The notes below the pieces were generated by a model. It made no database searches. It had not been told where the DNA came from and was given only the letters and a program-made list of their open reading frames with translations. From Euryarchaeota archaeon UBA88 (lineage in GTDB: Archaea > Thermoplasmatota > Poseidoniia > Poseidoniales > Poseidoniaceae), in the NCBI GenBank assembly GCA_002499545.1, contig DAME01000025.1, positions 6,911 through 70,910 of the forward strand: a stretch of 64,000 nt of DNA, given 5' to 3'. This document shows positions 16,235 to 27,900 of this stretch, piece after piece (positions within the stretch are counted from its first letter, which is position 1; each line of letters starts with the position of its first letter). The position numbers were made by a program, and so were the translations under genes.

Positions 16235-17605
16235 TCACCATTGCTTTCCAGTCACGGATTCGATTTCTTCAATTGTTTTTGGGCACGAAGCAGTTAGCAC
16301 GTCCGGTTCATCAGAGGTGACCAGAACATCGTCTTCAATTCGGATACCAAGGTTGGCATACCGTGGTGGGCAATCCACATCTGGCCTCCAGGCTCCAAAA
16401 TACAATCCAGGTTCTACTGTTAGGCACATGCCTTCTTCAAGTAAGCGGGGCTCTCCATTCGGTTTGTAAATGCCTACATCATGAACGTCTAAACCAATCC
16501 AGTGACTGGTATTGTGCATGTACCAAAGTCGAAGATCACCGGTTTTCATGTCAAGTGATTCTTCCAAAGTCTGTGATATTACACCCAAACGAATCAAGCC
16601 TTCAGCCATCACTGTGCGAGCAGCATCGTGGGGCGCTGTATATGGGCGACCAACTCTGCACTGATCGATTGCAGCAAGTTGAGCGTCGAGAACGAGCTGA
16701 TAGATTTCTTTTTGAGCTTCAGTAAAGACACCGTTAATTGGCCATGAACGAGTGATATCGGCAGCATATCCGCGATACTCAGCACCAGCATCGACCAGAA
16801 TTACTTCTCCGTCAAGACAAGCATCATTGTTTTCCTTGTAGTGGAGGATAGTTGCATTTTCTCCACACCCAACAATCGAAGGATACGACCATCCAGATGT
16901 TCCGGCGTACGAAAAGAAGCCTTCGATGGTTGATTGTATTTGATATTCCATTCGACCGGGGCGAGTATGGCGCATTGCAGCTTCGTGCGCAACGCTCGAT
17001 ACATCAGCAGCAAATCGCATTTGAGCAATCTCAGAATCAGATTTTCTCAATCGGAGCTCAGCAATTCGAGCGCTGGGGTCTTCGATTGAAACTGGACCAG
17101 TACCAAAATGCTGGCGTGCACGGTCGCGACGTTCAACCGATTGAAGAACCAAATCATCCATTGCAGGTTGGATACCGGTTCGCAGTAATACTCGTTGTGA
17201 ATCATCAATCATCACACCTATCCGCTCTTCAAGTTCATCGATACCGTACGCTTCATCAACCGCCCATTCCTTGAGAGCACCTTCAACCCCGGGTCTACGG
17301 CCTTCCCAAATTTCCTTGAGTGTGTCTTTAGGTTGAACGAATAGAACAGAAGACCAGCTTCCGTCTTTACAGTACATGCAGAACACTGATTCAGGGTCAT
17401 GCCAGCCAACAAAATACAGCATGTTACTCATGGTGCGAAACGGATAATGAACATCATTCGAATGGGTTGCTTCGTGCCCAGAGCACAAAATCACGAGGTC
17501 ATCCGAACGAAGTTGCGAAGTGAGGCGGTTTTGGCGAGCTCTGTATTCATCAGTGGAAATCTTAGGAGGTTGCGGTCCAACCTTACCCATGGCTGCCTCG
17601 TGCAT
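16235..17605 (-). CDS. Xaa-Pro aminopeptidase (M24B, aminopeptidase P-like)
   Basis: Creatinase-N-like N-domain plus the M24 catalytic motifs HYKENNDACLDGEVILVDAGAEYRGYAADITR, HNTSHWIGLDVHDV, LTVEPGLYF and IRIEDDVLVT. The track ORF starts at TTG 17692 and overlaps the upstream gene; the first non-overlapping ATG is at 17605, with alternatives at 17677 and 17590. Confidence 0.78.
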   Translation of the reverse strand: MHEAAMGKVGPQPPKISTDEYRARQNRLTSQLRSDDLVILCSGHEATHSNDVHYPFRTMSNMLYFVGWHDPESVFCMYCKDGSWSSVLFVQPKDTLKEIWEGRRPGVEGALKEWAVDEAYGIDELEERIGVMIDDSQRVLLRTGIQPAMDDLVLQSVERRDRARQHFGTGPVSIEDPSARIAELRLRKSDSEIAQMRFAADVSSVAHEAAMRHTRPGRMEYQIQSTIEGFFSYAGTSGWSYPSIVGCGENATILHYKENNDACLDGEVILVDAGAEYRGYAADITRSWPINGVFTEAQKEIYQLVLDAQLAAIDQCRVGRPYTAPHDAARTVMAEGLIRLGVISQTLEESLDMKTGDLRLWYMHNTSHWIGLDVHDVGIYKPNGEPRLLEEGMCLTVEPGLYFGAWRPDVDCPPRYANLGIRIEDDVLVTSDEPDVLTASCPKTIEEIESVTGKQW

Positions 17606-17651
17606 GCGATGTCCAGTCGTCGACCAGTCTTCAATAATTGCATCATAAGAG

Positions 17652-19274
17652 TTACAATTTTGCATCGTGGGAATCATCCTTGGACGGCTCAATGCGGTTC
17701 CACTTAGGAATACTGTTTGCAGCAGATTGGCTCATCGTCCTTCGAACAAAGAAAATCAAACCTACCAGTGCCCCCAATGCAACCAGACTGAACACCATGT
17801 TGGAGGTCGTTATGCGAGAACTTGCTCCAGCAGCCTCTTCGATACGCAGTGTGAACGCAAGAGAAGATGTTTCGTCATCATCGTCAGAGACGACCAAGCG
17901 GACATCATAGGCCCCCGGACTGGAAAAGTCTGAATGATTGAGAGAGGATTTTCCCGTGACATAGATTTGATCATTGATGTACCATGAACACATGATGTCG
18001 GAAGCATCATTCTGGGTATCTGTGCTCCCATCACAGTTGAGGTCCCATTCACTACCGGATACGGTTGAAATCAATGTCCCGTCACTCACTGTCAGCCCGT
18101 CAAGTTGAATTGCGGGTGACGGTGCTTGGTTGACTACTAAGAATTCATAACTCGTTCGAATCAGGCGACCAACTGAATCGCGAATCAAAAGTTCGACCGA
18201 CCAGGTACCGCTCAATGACGGTTGCAACATGATTTCGGAGTCTGAAAGTTGTTGAGATTCCAAAACAGAATGACGACTACCATCGGGCTGTACGACCGTC
18301 CATGTAAGTTCCATCGAACCACCATCATACCCTTCTATCACGGTACTCGAAAAGGACACGTTTGTAGATTCGAATACGGATTCTATGGTCGAATTCTGTG
18401 ATTCAAGGTCGACTACTCCGTTGGTTTCAGATTGAAAAACGATTTCCACATCTGGCAGAGAGCGGTCAATGTGGAAGGTTAATGTTTGAGATTCAGAAGT
18501 GCGCAGAAGCGAATCAAGAACGTAGATTTTAAGCAACCAAAATCCGTCTGGAAGTGATATTGATTCCGGAGTGAATTCTACATCCCAACCTTGTTCACTT
18601 GGGGTTTGCGAAAAATCAGTGAATTGAGAGAAGGCTTCACGGCAGATACCGAACGGGGCGGGGCATATTTCCATTCGTACTTGGGATTCGATATCGGTAT
18701 GTGGTGCAAAGACCACTGGAACGAACACTTGGGATACGTCGTTCATCACGACGATTCGGTTATTTTTGAAAGGCAAAAGAACAGGCCGGTGATGGTTGAA
18801 CGAATCATCGGAATCTATTGAATCATGGACTTGGATTTCTCCGAGATAGACGATGAGGGAAAACAAGGGTAAGTCAGTACTGTTGACTGCATCCAATGCA
18901 AAGAGACATGTACACTTGATGGCAGTAACATTCAATTCCACATCCCAGTGCCACGAATCCTCTGAAGTAGCTTCGACGTTTGTAAGGTATCCTGTTTCAA
19001 GCGCAACAGGTTGTTCATCGATGGTTGATAGATTGTAAAGAGTCCACATCGTATTTGACAGAGGGATTTCTGAGCTTCCGTTGAGGAACATTTCGGAGGA
19101 AAATGAAGAACCTGTGGTTTGATGAACGGTAACGAGGGATTCCTCAGAAATGGGTTTGTGATGCTTAGCATCTACCAGTCCTGACAAGGTCGGCATCAAA
19201 AAACAGGCCAACATGAGGATAACACAGAACTTGTTGGTCATTCCCATGACCGAGTGTGCGTTCCATTCAAACAT
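17652..19274 (-). CDS. Secreted surface protein with Ig/PKD-like beta domains and a C-terminal TM anchor plus basic tail
   Basis: N-terminal signal peptide (MTNKFCVILMLACFLMPTLSG). A C-terminal hydrophobic helix VFSLVALGALVGLIFFV is followed by RRTMSQ... Ser/Thr/Asp-rich. 540 aa. Confidence 0.68.
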   Translation of the reverse strand: MFEWNAHSVMGMTNKFCVILMLACFLMPTLSGLVDAKHHKPISEESLVTVHQTTGSSFSSEMFLNGSSEIPLSNTMWTLYNLSTIDEQPVALETGYLTNVEATSEDSWHWDVELNVTAIKCTCLFALDAVNSTDLPLFSLIVYLGEIQVHDSIDSDDSFNHHRPVLLPFKNNRIVVMNDVSQVFVPVVFAPHTDIESQVRMEICPAPFGICREAFSQFTDFSQTPSEQGWDVEFTPESISLPDGFWLLKIYVLDSLLRTSESQTLTFHIDRSLPDVEIVFQSETNGVVDLESQNSTIESVFESTNVSFSSTVIEGYDGGSMELTWTVVQPDGSRHSVLESQQLSDSEIMLQPSLSGTWSVELLIRDSVGRLIRTSYEFLVVNQAPSPAIQLDGLTVSDGTLISTVSGSEWDLNCDGSTDTQNDASDIMCSWYINDQIYVTGKSSLNHSDFSSPGAYDVRLVVSDDDDETSSLAFTLRIEEAAGASSRITTSNMVFSLVALGALVGLIFFVRRTMSQSAANSIPKWNRIEPSKDDSHDAKL

Positions 19275-19298
19275 GAATGTTCGCTCTTCATGGGCCGC

Positions 19299-22200
19299 TT
19301 ATTGGGCAAACGGATCGCAGAGTTCCCCTTGTCCTGGGAAACTTGTAGGATTGCGGGGATTGGTATCCCACTTGAATTCACAATAATTCACGTGGCCGTC
19401 TCCATCTGTGTCAATCATCCGATCAGCAGGGTCAAACGGATCGAATTGGAAGTGATATTCCCATCCAGTTGCCATACCATCGTCATCATGGTCTTGATAG
19501 TAGACTTCCGGACCATCATTCCAACCGTCACCATCGGTGTCGTTGGTGATTGGGCTGGTGCCGTTTTGCTTCTCTTCCAAGTTGGTATAATTTTCTAAGT
19601 TATCGTAAAACCGTTTTCCATCAGGTGTATCGGGGTCAATATTGCAGTCGGAATTCGTTGTATCATTGTAACCGGAGCAATATTTGCGAATCAGTCCAGT
19701 ACGGTTAAGCCCGTCAGTGTCGGGGTCTTCGTCACCGTCCATGATACCGTCAAGGTCGCTGTCGGGCATGGAAGGGTCCATCACGCCACGAGCGCCGTAA
19801 GCGTCGATTGAGGAATTGTCCACCAGTCCGCTATCCAAAGCAAGTCCGGAGTAGTACACTTCCCATCCATCAGGTAATTGGTCACCATCGGTATCGTCAT
19901 CGACTGGGTTCGTGTTCCACTTGTCAGGTGCTTCAGCCCCATTCGCCAATGAATCGTTATCGATATCAAACGTGTCATCTTTCATCGAACCAAGTGATGG
20001 GTCAAGAGCCCAACGTCCATTGCAGGCACAGAAGTTATTGACGGGAATTGAAAAACCAGTGAGATTCATTTCCGAAACAGCATATTTTTTCTCTACGATG
20101 AAACCGCCCAAGTTATTTTGCCAAACGTAACCACCGGCTTCCATCGAGCAATCGTTGTTTTGTGAGGGGACGCATCCAGGACGTTCCCAGGATGATGTTG
20201 CGACCCAAAGACTGTGGGAATTCGTGTTGTCTTCCGACGATTTTACCTGCATCTCCCAACCGTCAAGCATCCCATCGGAATCGGTATCGTTCTGCAGTGG
20301 ATTGGTTGGATTTTGGAACGGTCGTGGTACGAACAAGACTTCATTTCCGTCAAGAAGACTATCGTTATCTGTATCAGAGTTGTTTGCGTGGGTAAGGAAG
20401 TTATCTTTCCCAGCAATGACTTCTTCTCCATCTTCAAGACCGTCGTTGTCGGTATCAAACATACAAGGACTGGTGAAGTATGATTCACCCTCCCATGTAT
20501 AGCCTGTGAGGGCTTCTATTTGGTCAAGTTCACCATCGCCATCAGTATCCGGATTTGAAGCATTGGAACCTCCAGCACACACTGAAGCGAATTCCATGTA
20601 ATCCGATAAGCCATCTTCATCGGTGTCAAAGAGTCCTGGGTCTGATGTAACCCAGGTCTTGATAACACCGTTATTCACGACGAGAATTTCCCAACCCATC
20701 ACTTCAATTCCATCAAGAAGTCCATCACCGTCAGTGTCTGGATTCAGTGGATTGGTTGAACGACCATCTATCACTCCGTCATTGTCGCGGTCTCGTGCGT
20801 TGTATTCCATGAGGTTCGTGAATTGTTCTTCAGGTTCTACAATTTGCATCCAGCTAAAGAGACGGGACTCGACGGCCTGTCCGAGAGTAACATCAATCGA
20901 ATAAACATAGCCGGCAACTGGCGCAATCATGGCGACAGTTTGCTTCTGACCACCTGCCAGGGTGATTTGGCCACGAGCGACAGTGGAGTTTGCTTCAACC
21001 CACTGGTCTTCAATCACATCAATTCCGATAACGATGGTTGTTGACTCAAGTGTAGAATAGAAGACTCCACCATCTCCATCAACGTCCCAACCGTCTCGAT
21101 CAGGATCGAGGTTGCCGTTAGCACCATCACGGGGGTGAAGCCCGTTAGTTGATTCCCATCCATCTGGCATACCATCTTGGTCAGTATCGAGCCTCCACGG
21201 GGATGTGAAGTTCGTAGGGCCAAATGTGTTCGCAACGAGGTATTCTTCGAAGTTGTTCAGTCCATCTTCATCCCAGTCACCGTATCCGTCGGATGCGTTT
21301 GAGGGATTCAAAACCTTGAGTGCATCGTTCTGCGGTTGGTCATTCACGTTGGAGTAACAAAATTCGAATCCATCCGGCATACCGTCACCGTCGGTGTCCC
21401 AGTCGGATGGTCCGTTGAGTAAACCATCACCGTCCATGTCCATGAGGAACCAAGAGTTTTCAACACCAGAAAACGGAGCTAAGCGTGAAATTGGATCGAG
21501 AAGAGGTGTGTTGCAGTCTTCTCCAACCCCCGTGCTAAGAACGACGGAATCCAAGCCTACTTCGACAATGTCGTCGAGCAAATCCATGTCCGAATCACGA
21601 GCGTTAGGGTTGGTGCCAAAGAGTTCTTCCTGGAAGTTTGGAAGACCGTCTTCATCCGTGTCCAGAATCATATCACAGGAGTGCGAGCCTTGCGAATTGG
21701 CGAGTTCAGACCATGAAGGCAGCACGCCTTCAGCGTCATCATAAAAACTGGAGAGAGTATCTTCCATTGCTTGGTCAAGAAGAAGGCAATCCCAATTTCC
21801 GTTGAGTGGATCGAAGAGGGTAACTTCGCCTCCAGGAGTTTGTACAACCATTGTATACATCGATTCCCAGCGGTCGTTGAGATTGTCATTGTCAGTATCC
21901 GCACGTTGAGGATCGGTGCCGAGTTCTTGCTCGACTTGGTTGGTTAACCCGTCATTATCAGGATCGCCGTTTGGTCCTTGTTCAGGGTCTGGCCAAGAAT
22001 CAGTTTCGTTTTCGATGTTAGCATCGTCGGTTTGATCTGCTTGAGAAGGATCTTGAATGATATCTTCTGATTCACCGTTATCAAGTGGATTGAGGCCGTG
22101 TTCAACTTCCCATCCATCACTCATACCGTCGTTATCCGTATCGGGTTTATCGGGGTCAGTGCCGTACTGAGTCGATTCAAGAGTATCTGAAAGACCGTCC

Positions 22201-22430
22201 CCATCTGAATCTAAACCCGCACCGATTGCCGTACCAGAACCTATCAAATCCTCTTCAGCAGCACTTTCGTATCCACCAATCGATTCACTCGTTTGGAAAT
22301 ATCCTGAAAAACCCACAAAGAGAGAGCCGAAAATCAAGGTAGAAATGATTGCAGCATAGGCCATTTGGTTGTGACTTAAGGACATTTGACTCACCGTGCA
22401 CATCAGTGCAGTCTCTCCGACTTCGTACAT
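19299..22430 (-). CDS. Giant acidic surface protein built from bacterial-type thrombospondin type-3 (TSP3) calcium-binding repeats
   Basis: 1043 aa. N-terminal signal anchor, then more than 15 repeats of D-x-D-x-D-G-[LM]-x-D-G-[WE]-E, for example DSDGDGLSDTLES, DTDNDGMSDGWEVEHGLNPLD and DTDQDGMPDGWESTNGLHP. Very low pI. Alternative start Mets at 22385 and 22361. Confidence 0.75.
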   Translation of the reverse strand: MYEVGETALMCTVSQMSLSHNQMAYAAIISTLIFGSLFVGFSGYFQTSESIGGYESAAEEDLIGSGTAIGAGLDSDGDGLSDTLESTQYGTDPDKPDTDNDGMSDGWEVEHGLNPLDNGESEDIIQDPSQADQTDDANIENETDSWPDPEQGPNGDPDNDGLTNQVEQELGTDPQRADTDNDNLNDRWESMYTMVVQTPGGEVTLFDPLNGNWDCLLLDQAMEDTLSSFYDDAEGVLPSWSELANSQGSHSCDMILDTDEDGLPNFQEELFGTNPNARDSDMDLLDDIVEVGLDSVVLSTGVGEDCNTPLLDPISRLAPFSGVENSWFLMDMDGDGLLNGPSDWDTDGDGMPDGFEFCYSNVNDQPQNDALKVLNPSNASDGYGDWDEDGLNNFEEYLVANTFGPTNFTSPWRLDTDQDGMPDGWESTNGLHPRDGANGNLDPDRDGWDVDGDGGVFYSTLESTTIVIGIDVIEDQWVEANSTVARGQITLAGGQKQTVAMIAPVAGYVYSIDVTLGQAVESRLFSWMQIVEPEEQFTNLMEYNARDRDNDGVIDGRSTNPLNPDTDGDGLLDGIEVMGWEILVVNNGVIKTWVTSDPGLFDTDEDGLSDYMEFASVCAGGSNASNPDTDGDGELDQIEALTGYTWEGESYFTSPCMFDTDNDGLEDGEEVIAGKDNFLTHANNSDTDNDSLLDGNEVLFVPRPFQNPTNPLQNDTDSDGMLDGWEMQVKSSEDNTNSHSLWVATSSWERPGCVPSQNNDCSMEAGGYVWQNNLGGFIVEKKYAVSEMNLTGFSIPVNNFCACNGRWALDPSLGSMKDDTFDIDNDSLANGAEAPDKWNTNPVDDDTDGDQLPDGWEVYYSGLALDSGLVDNSSIDAYGARGVMDPSMPDSDLDGIMDGDEDPDTDGLNRTGLIRKYCSGYNDTTNSDCNIDPDTPDGKRFYDNLENYTNLEEKQNGTSPITNDTDGDGWNDGPEVYYQDHDDDGMATGWEYHFQFDPFDPADRMIDTDGDGHVNYCEFKWDTNPRNPTSFPGQGELCDPFAQ

Positions 22431-22499
22431 CGGTTATAGACCTTAACTCTCAATGCTTGAATCTCGCTGTCGAACAGATGGAGTGATATGATATTCCTT

Positions 22500-23576
22500 T
22501 CAGGCATAATTGAGAAGAGAAGAGACTTCAAGCGACCATCCACTTCCTTGTTGAACGAGCGATGATTTGGCTTTTTTACCGTGCCCGCGCTGCCAGAGAG
22601 CTATCAACCACGCGACGGTCAATGGGAGATGAGAACTCGACTTCAATTGAAAAAGAACACCTCCATGTTCATCAGTCGCAGAAATACGTTCATAGGTACC
22701 AAGTCCGAACGGAATCATGTATGCATCACATAATGCACGCCAACTCTGTATATCCTGTATGTAGACAGGACGTTCGCTCTTAGCAAGGAGATCTTCGATT
22801 GCCAGGCATGTGGCAGAAACCACGTGTGTTGAACTATCCTGCATCGATTCAGAGAAATGGAATGATTCAATTCGTGATGGGGCAAGTAAAGGCAACTGAG
22901 TCGATATCGCTTCGAAAATACGTGAGAAAAAACCAACTGGAAGCAAAACCGAAGCCTCGCCGGCATTTGCCCAACCGAGTTCTCGTACTTCAATGTCAAG
23001 TTCGATTGGTGAAATACGATCATTGATGTGTTGTTGAGAGGGGTTTTGCCACTCAAACACTCTTGGGTCCCGAACCGGTGCAAGCTGACGAGTGTCGGGT
23101 TCCAATTCGAGGAGAGTTTGGGTTGGGGACACTTGCTTCCACTGTAGTTTGATGCGGCTAAGGTGGACCTTTTCGAGGGCAGCCAGGGCTAAACCTGCGG
23201 TTATCGGAGCCATAAGATTACTCGTTATTGTATCATTGGCCAGTGACAGTTTTCCCCAACCGAGGAGATGCCAACGCTGTGACAGTAATGCTTGTTGTTT
23301 CCGCTTTTTGAACAAACCGTTTACGCGAAAAAGAGAGTACTTGTTGAACATCCATTCTTCTTCATCTGCTGCAGCATTCATCAATTTACGGCCCATTGGA
23401 ACGCCCAAATGCGTTTCCAATGCAAGCCACCAATGTTGGAAGTCTGCTGCTGTCCAAACAAGCCATGAACCACCGTTTTCATCACGGATTGAGCCATCTG
23501 CATGAACGGTGAAATTTGATTGAAGGGTGTGCAAGAGGCTTGAGGACCGAACAGATGAATCTACATTGCCGCCCAT
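22500..23576 (-). CDS. Hypothetical protein (no family recognised)
   Basis: 358-aa ORF with a verified ATG start, co-oriented with the surface-protein genes and glyA. Confidence 0.45.
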   Translation of the reverse strand: MGGNVDSSVRSSSLLHTLQSNFTVHADGSIRDENGGSWLVWTAADFQHWWLALETHLGVPMGRKLMNAAADEEEWMFNKYSLFRVNGLFKKRKQQALLSQRWHLLGWGKLSLANDTITSNLMAPITAGLALAALEKVHLSRIKLQWKQVSPTQTLLELEPDTRQLAPVRDPRVFEWQNPSQQHINDRISPIELDIEVRELGWANAGEASVLLPVGFFSRIFEAISTQLPLLAPSRIESFHFSESMQDSSTHVVSATCLAIEDLLAKSERPVYIQDIQSWRALCDAYMIPFGLGTYERISATDEHGGVLFQLKSSSHLPLTVAWLIALWQRGHGKKAKSSLVQQGSGWSLEVSSLLNYA

Positions 23577-23585
23577 GGGATTGCC

Positions 23586-24899
23586 TCAAAAAGGGTAACC
23601 AGTTGTTTGCTCATCGTTGAAACAATAACGAATGACGTGATGATGCGATTTGAGTTCTGCAACATCCTTCTTGACCCTTTGTGGGTCTTCGTGCTTGATC
23701 AAGACCCGAGCGTAGAGTTCAGCAACTGCTTCCATCTCCGAAGGGCCCATACCGACCCGAGTCAATTCTTGGACGCCAAGGCGTAGACCTGATGGTGTGA
23801 GGGCTTTGGTATCGCCAGGAAGCATGTTCATGTTGGTGATAATTCCTGCTTCTTCCAACAATTGAGCAGCCTTCGCTCCAGCACCTGAATCTGTGTCGCC
23901 ATGACGTGTTAAGACTTGGTGAGATGCGGTATAACCACGAGATTCTGCCAAGACGTCAAAACCTTGAGCAGCAAGTGAACTCGCAAACGCTTGAGCGTTA
24001 CGGACTGTGTCATGCGCGTATGCAGAACCGTACTCCTCAAACTCGGCCAATGCTACTACTTTACCGGCTACGTGGTGGAGATGGTACGATGAAACAACAC
24101 CCGGGAAAATGGCAGTGTTGAGGCGGCGGTGAAATGAGGTTTCTTCGCTGGAAGACAACAAAAAACCACCTTGAGGGCCTGGAAATGTTTTGTGTGACGA
24201 ACCGGTCATGATGTCAGCACCCTCACGAAGAGGATCTTGGAAACAGCCTCCAGCGATGAGACCCAAAACGTGAGCTCCATCGTACATGACTTTCGCACCC
24301 ACTTCATGTGCAGCATCTGCAATCTCTCGAAGTGGAGTTGGGAACAGGAAGACGGATTGCCCTACTAAGGCAACTTTAGGCTCTACATCTCGGATTAGGG
24401 CACATGCGCCTTCGATATCAGGTTCCATCCTGTCTTCATCCCATGGGTAGGTTGACAAATCCAAATCACGAAGACCTACAGCACCCATTCGAGCATGCGA
24501 TATGTGGCCCCCATCTGCGGTAGATACTGCAGTAATTTTGTCGCCGGGTTGAGCGAGTGCTTTGAGAGCACCAATATTCGAAACGGTTCCAGATGTCGAC
24601 TGAATGTTCGCAAACGGTGCGTTGAACACTTTCTTCGCCATCTCAATTCCAAGACTCTCTATTGTGTCGAAATCGCCACATCCTTGATAGTATCGCTTTC
24701 CAGGAAGACCTTCTGCATATCGGCCATGTAAATCACTTCCAACAATTTTCCGGACCATTGGGGATATGATGTTCTCAGAAGCAATCATTCCAAATCCATT
24801 ACGATAAAGTTCGCTACTTGATGCAGTTGCATCAATGACGGTTTGTGCCTTCTCCAACGTCGATTTCGAAGGAGACCAAGTACCACGTTCACCCTGCAT
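23586..24899 (-). CDS. glyA: Serine hydroxymethyltransferase
   Basis: PLP-lysine motif GSSHKTFPGPQGG, N-terminal GFGMIASENIISP, and YYQGCGDFDTIE. 437 aa. Confidence 0.9.
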   Translation of the reverse strand: MQGERGTWSPSKSTLEKAQTVIDATASSSELYRNGFGMIASENIISPMVRKIVGSDLHGRYAEGLPGKRYYQGCGDFDTIESLGIEMAKKVFNAPFANIQSTSGTVSNIGALKALAQPGDKITAVSTADGGHISHARMGAVGLRDLDLSTYPWDEDRMEPDIEGACALIRDVEPKVALVGQSVFLFPTPLREIADAAHEVGAKVMYDGAHVLGLIAGGCFQDPLREGADIMTGSSHKTFPGPQGGFLLSSSEETSFHRRLNTAIFPGVVSSYHLHHVAGKVVALAEFEEYGSAYAHDTVRNAQAFASSLAAQGFDVLAESRGYTASHQVLTRHGDTDSGAGAKAAQLLEEAGIITNMNMLPGDTKALTPSGLRLGVQELTRVGMGPSEMEAVAELYARVLIKHEDPQRVKKDVAELKSHHHVIRYCFNDEQTTGYPF

Positions 24900-24945
24900 G
24901 ATTCGTGCTTAGCAAGAAGGTCTTTGAACCCATTGATAGAGATGC

Positions 24946-27900
24946 TTAGTCGAAAGAAAGGTACTCATCATCAGATTCACGAGTTGAAGATTTGCTTTGT
25001 GGACGAACGTTGGGTCCGGGACGTTTCGAACCAACGGTTATGTTGGAATTCGGCGAACTCTTTTTTCTGTTTGGTCGCTCCGATACACGAGTGTTGGTCG
25101 GAATTCCACGCTGACTGAGGTTAATCTCAGCCACTGAACGCGACTTACTGGATACCGGTCGTCCTTTGGCGCTCGCTTTACCTGACTTCTTGGCGATGTA
25201 TTGTGGACGACCGCGATAAGCAACCGCTCCAATGAGACGCTCGAGGGCCGGAATTTCAGCTCCTTCCTCCTTTGGACGCTTCAGCCACCAACCTTCTCCC
25301 AAAGGTTGAAGTCGAGGTGGTCGAGATTTAGCCATTGACTTCGCTTGGCGTTTGAGTCGCATCTTCACCGATTTCTCAGAGTCACGCGGCAATCGCTCTG
25401 TCATCCAACCAGGCAAACCGATGTCGAGTACTACTCCGTTGACAGTGACCAACATTCCTGAGAGCAAGAGGTGAGTGCCCACTGGGATATTGGCACGTTC
25501 TGGTTGGACTTTGAAACGCTTCATTCTCTTCGCATACGATACCATTGCCTTTTGATCTCTGTGCCGAATGACGCGTTTCTGCTGTTTCGAAAATCGTCTT
25601 CCAGCGATCTGGATCATGAGCAGCGTGACGACCACTACAACACCCTGCGCTTCCCCGACTTCTTGGGACACATATATTCCCAACACAAACCAGATTGGAA
25701 TGAGTACTAAAAGATGGAAAATTCGATTCAAGATGCTCGGCCGATATATTGGTGGCATTCCTCTTCGAGACGCCTCATGTGAAGCGATCAATACGTTGGC
25801 ATTGAGCGCTTCATCAAGTCCACCACGAACCATCAATCCCGCAATCGCATTCACAGGTGCAGAATTAATCCATTTGCGCATTTTTTTGCCGGTTCCAACG
25901 GCTAATGCAACTTCCATTTCTTCCTCATCGACGACTTGTCCAAGGATACTGCTCAACGCCATTACTCGAGGGTCTTGACCATCACTTTCCTTGAGTTCAG
26001 CGAGAATAGAACGAGCACTGTGCCAATCACCCTTATCGATTAAACAAAGCGCAGCAGCAATACGTGGACGAACCCCAGTCGGCTCATCTCGAACGAGTTT
26101 TAATGACAATTCAAGGGCATCATCATGTTGGCGTTGGGCTCGAAGAAGTGAAATCATGGAGAGACGAGATACCCGTGTCAGCCTGTCCTTGTGAATGGAT
26201 TCCTCTGAGGGAGAAGGTTGCCACCCACGCAACATTCGCATCAGGTCTTGTAAATGATCAATACAGGAATTGTTTTCCCAGTCCCAGAAATCATCTTCAG
26301 TAACCATTCCTTGCCAAGGATCGAGCCATTCGCAAACGAAAGCAAGTAATTCGGGTTCGTCGTATCCCTCGGCTTGCTGTAAACCGTGCAGCGCTTCACG
26401 CGCAGCGTCGAGGCGGCGAGAAGCCATGTAACCCACAGCAATCAACATTCGAGCTATGTCATCATCACCGCCAGCTTGTGCGAGAACTTTTCGAGCTTCT
26501 TCTATGGCTTTAGGCCAAAGTCCACGAACAGCAAGTTCCCACATGTGGGCGCGAGCTTTTTCGTGACGAACTAAAGATGGATCTCCCTCAATCGAGCGGC
26601 GCTGGAATTGTATTAGACCATCGAGATCTTCAGAGATTGCTGCTTCGTCAACCAAGGCACGCATCCAATCACCGCCAGCAAATTTGACTGCACCTTCACG
26701 ACGTTCATCCGGATTTAAATCGAAACGAAGGTTGAGAAGCGGTGAATATCGAATGATTGAAAGTAGCCAGGTGAACAAAAAGATGGCTTGGCCAAAAGCA
26801 ATGAACATCCACGTGGTTAAAAGACGATTACCTTCATTGAAACCAACGTCTTCAAGCCATGGTGTAAAGGGCATTAAATCTCCAAATTCCTTGTAGCATA
26901 CGAGAACCAACAACAGTACCGTATAGCCTGAAAAACCAGCGAAAGCGAATTTCAATTGTCTCGCCTGCGCATCGACTTCTGTTCGAATCTCACGAGGCGA
27001 ATCCAGGGTGACACCGAACATCCCACCAAAACTTTGACCACCGAGAACCAAGTTTCGAGTTAACTCAAAAATGAACGCAAGCCCTACAATTGCAATGTTC
27101 ATGGAAAGATAGAGCGATAAAAATTGTGGGAGGGATTTGATGAACTGCCAGTGGAAGAGAAGTTCAGAAATGATGTCAATTCTCTGGTAGATTGAATGAC
27201 CAATGATGCCGCCAAAATTCAGCACTTCTTCGGCATTTTCTGGCCTGTTAAATAAGACGTAAAACACCGTGACAATACCGTTGAGGGCGGTGATTGGCAT
27301 CGTCAGCAAAAAGAGTACTAAAATCAGTGAAAACAATCGGTTCAAGAAACCTGGCTTGTTCGGATCAATCGGATTTGGTCTACCATTGGAAGTTCTCCAT
27401 TTATTGATTAGCAGCATATTCCAAGAAGCTCCCATGATTCTTCCGTACGCCATGATGGTTGGTGCCATGAATGTCAACATACCTGCTGCAAGCCAAATCG
27501 GAGTTAGTGTCCCGTCCCCTGTTGTTTGAAGTCCGTACAGAAGAGTAGCAAACGTAGCACCAACAAGAAGCGCCATTGTGATGATTCGACGTAGGAAATT
27601 AGTTATTCTTTGACTCTTGACTTTCGATTTACTCATGCCCAAGAGCTGGGCATTGAGAGTTTCCCATGGCGAAATGAGAACAGGAATTGCAATCAAAATT
27701 CCAATGATGTAAAGGTTCGGTTTGAAGTAGATTTCCGGGTCAAATAAAAGTTCTGTAATCAAGAGAAGAACACCCGTCATCCCCATCATGTACAGGCCTA
27801 TTCCAATCGTCACTGAACCTTCTTTTAACAGATTACGAGCGTCAGATGCGCTACCCGTAATACGATGAACTTCGTATAAGTCATCATCGATCTCGAAGGC

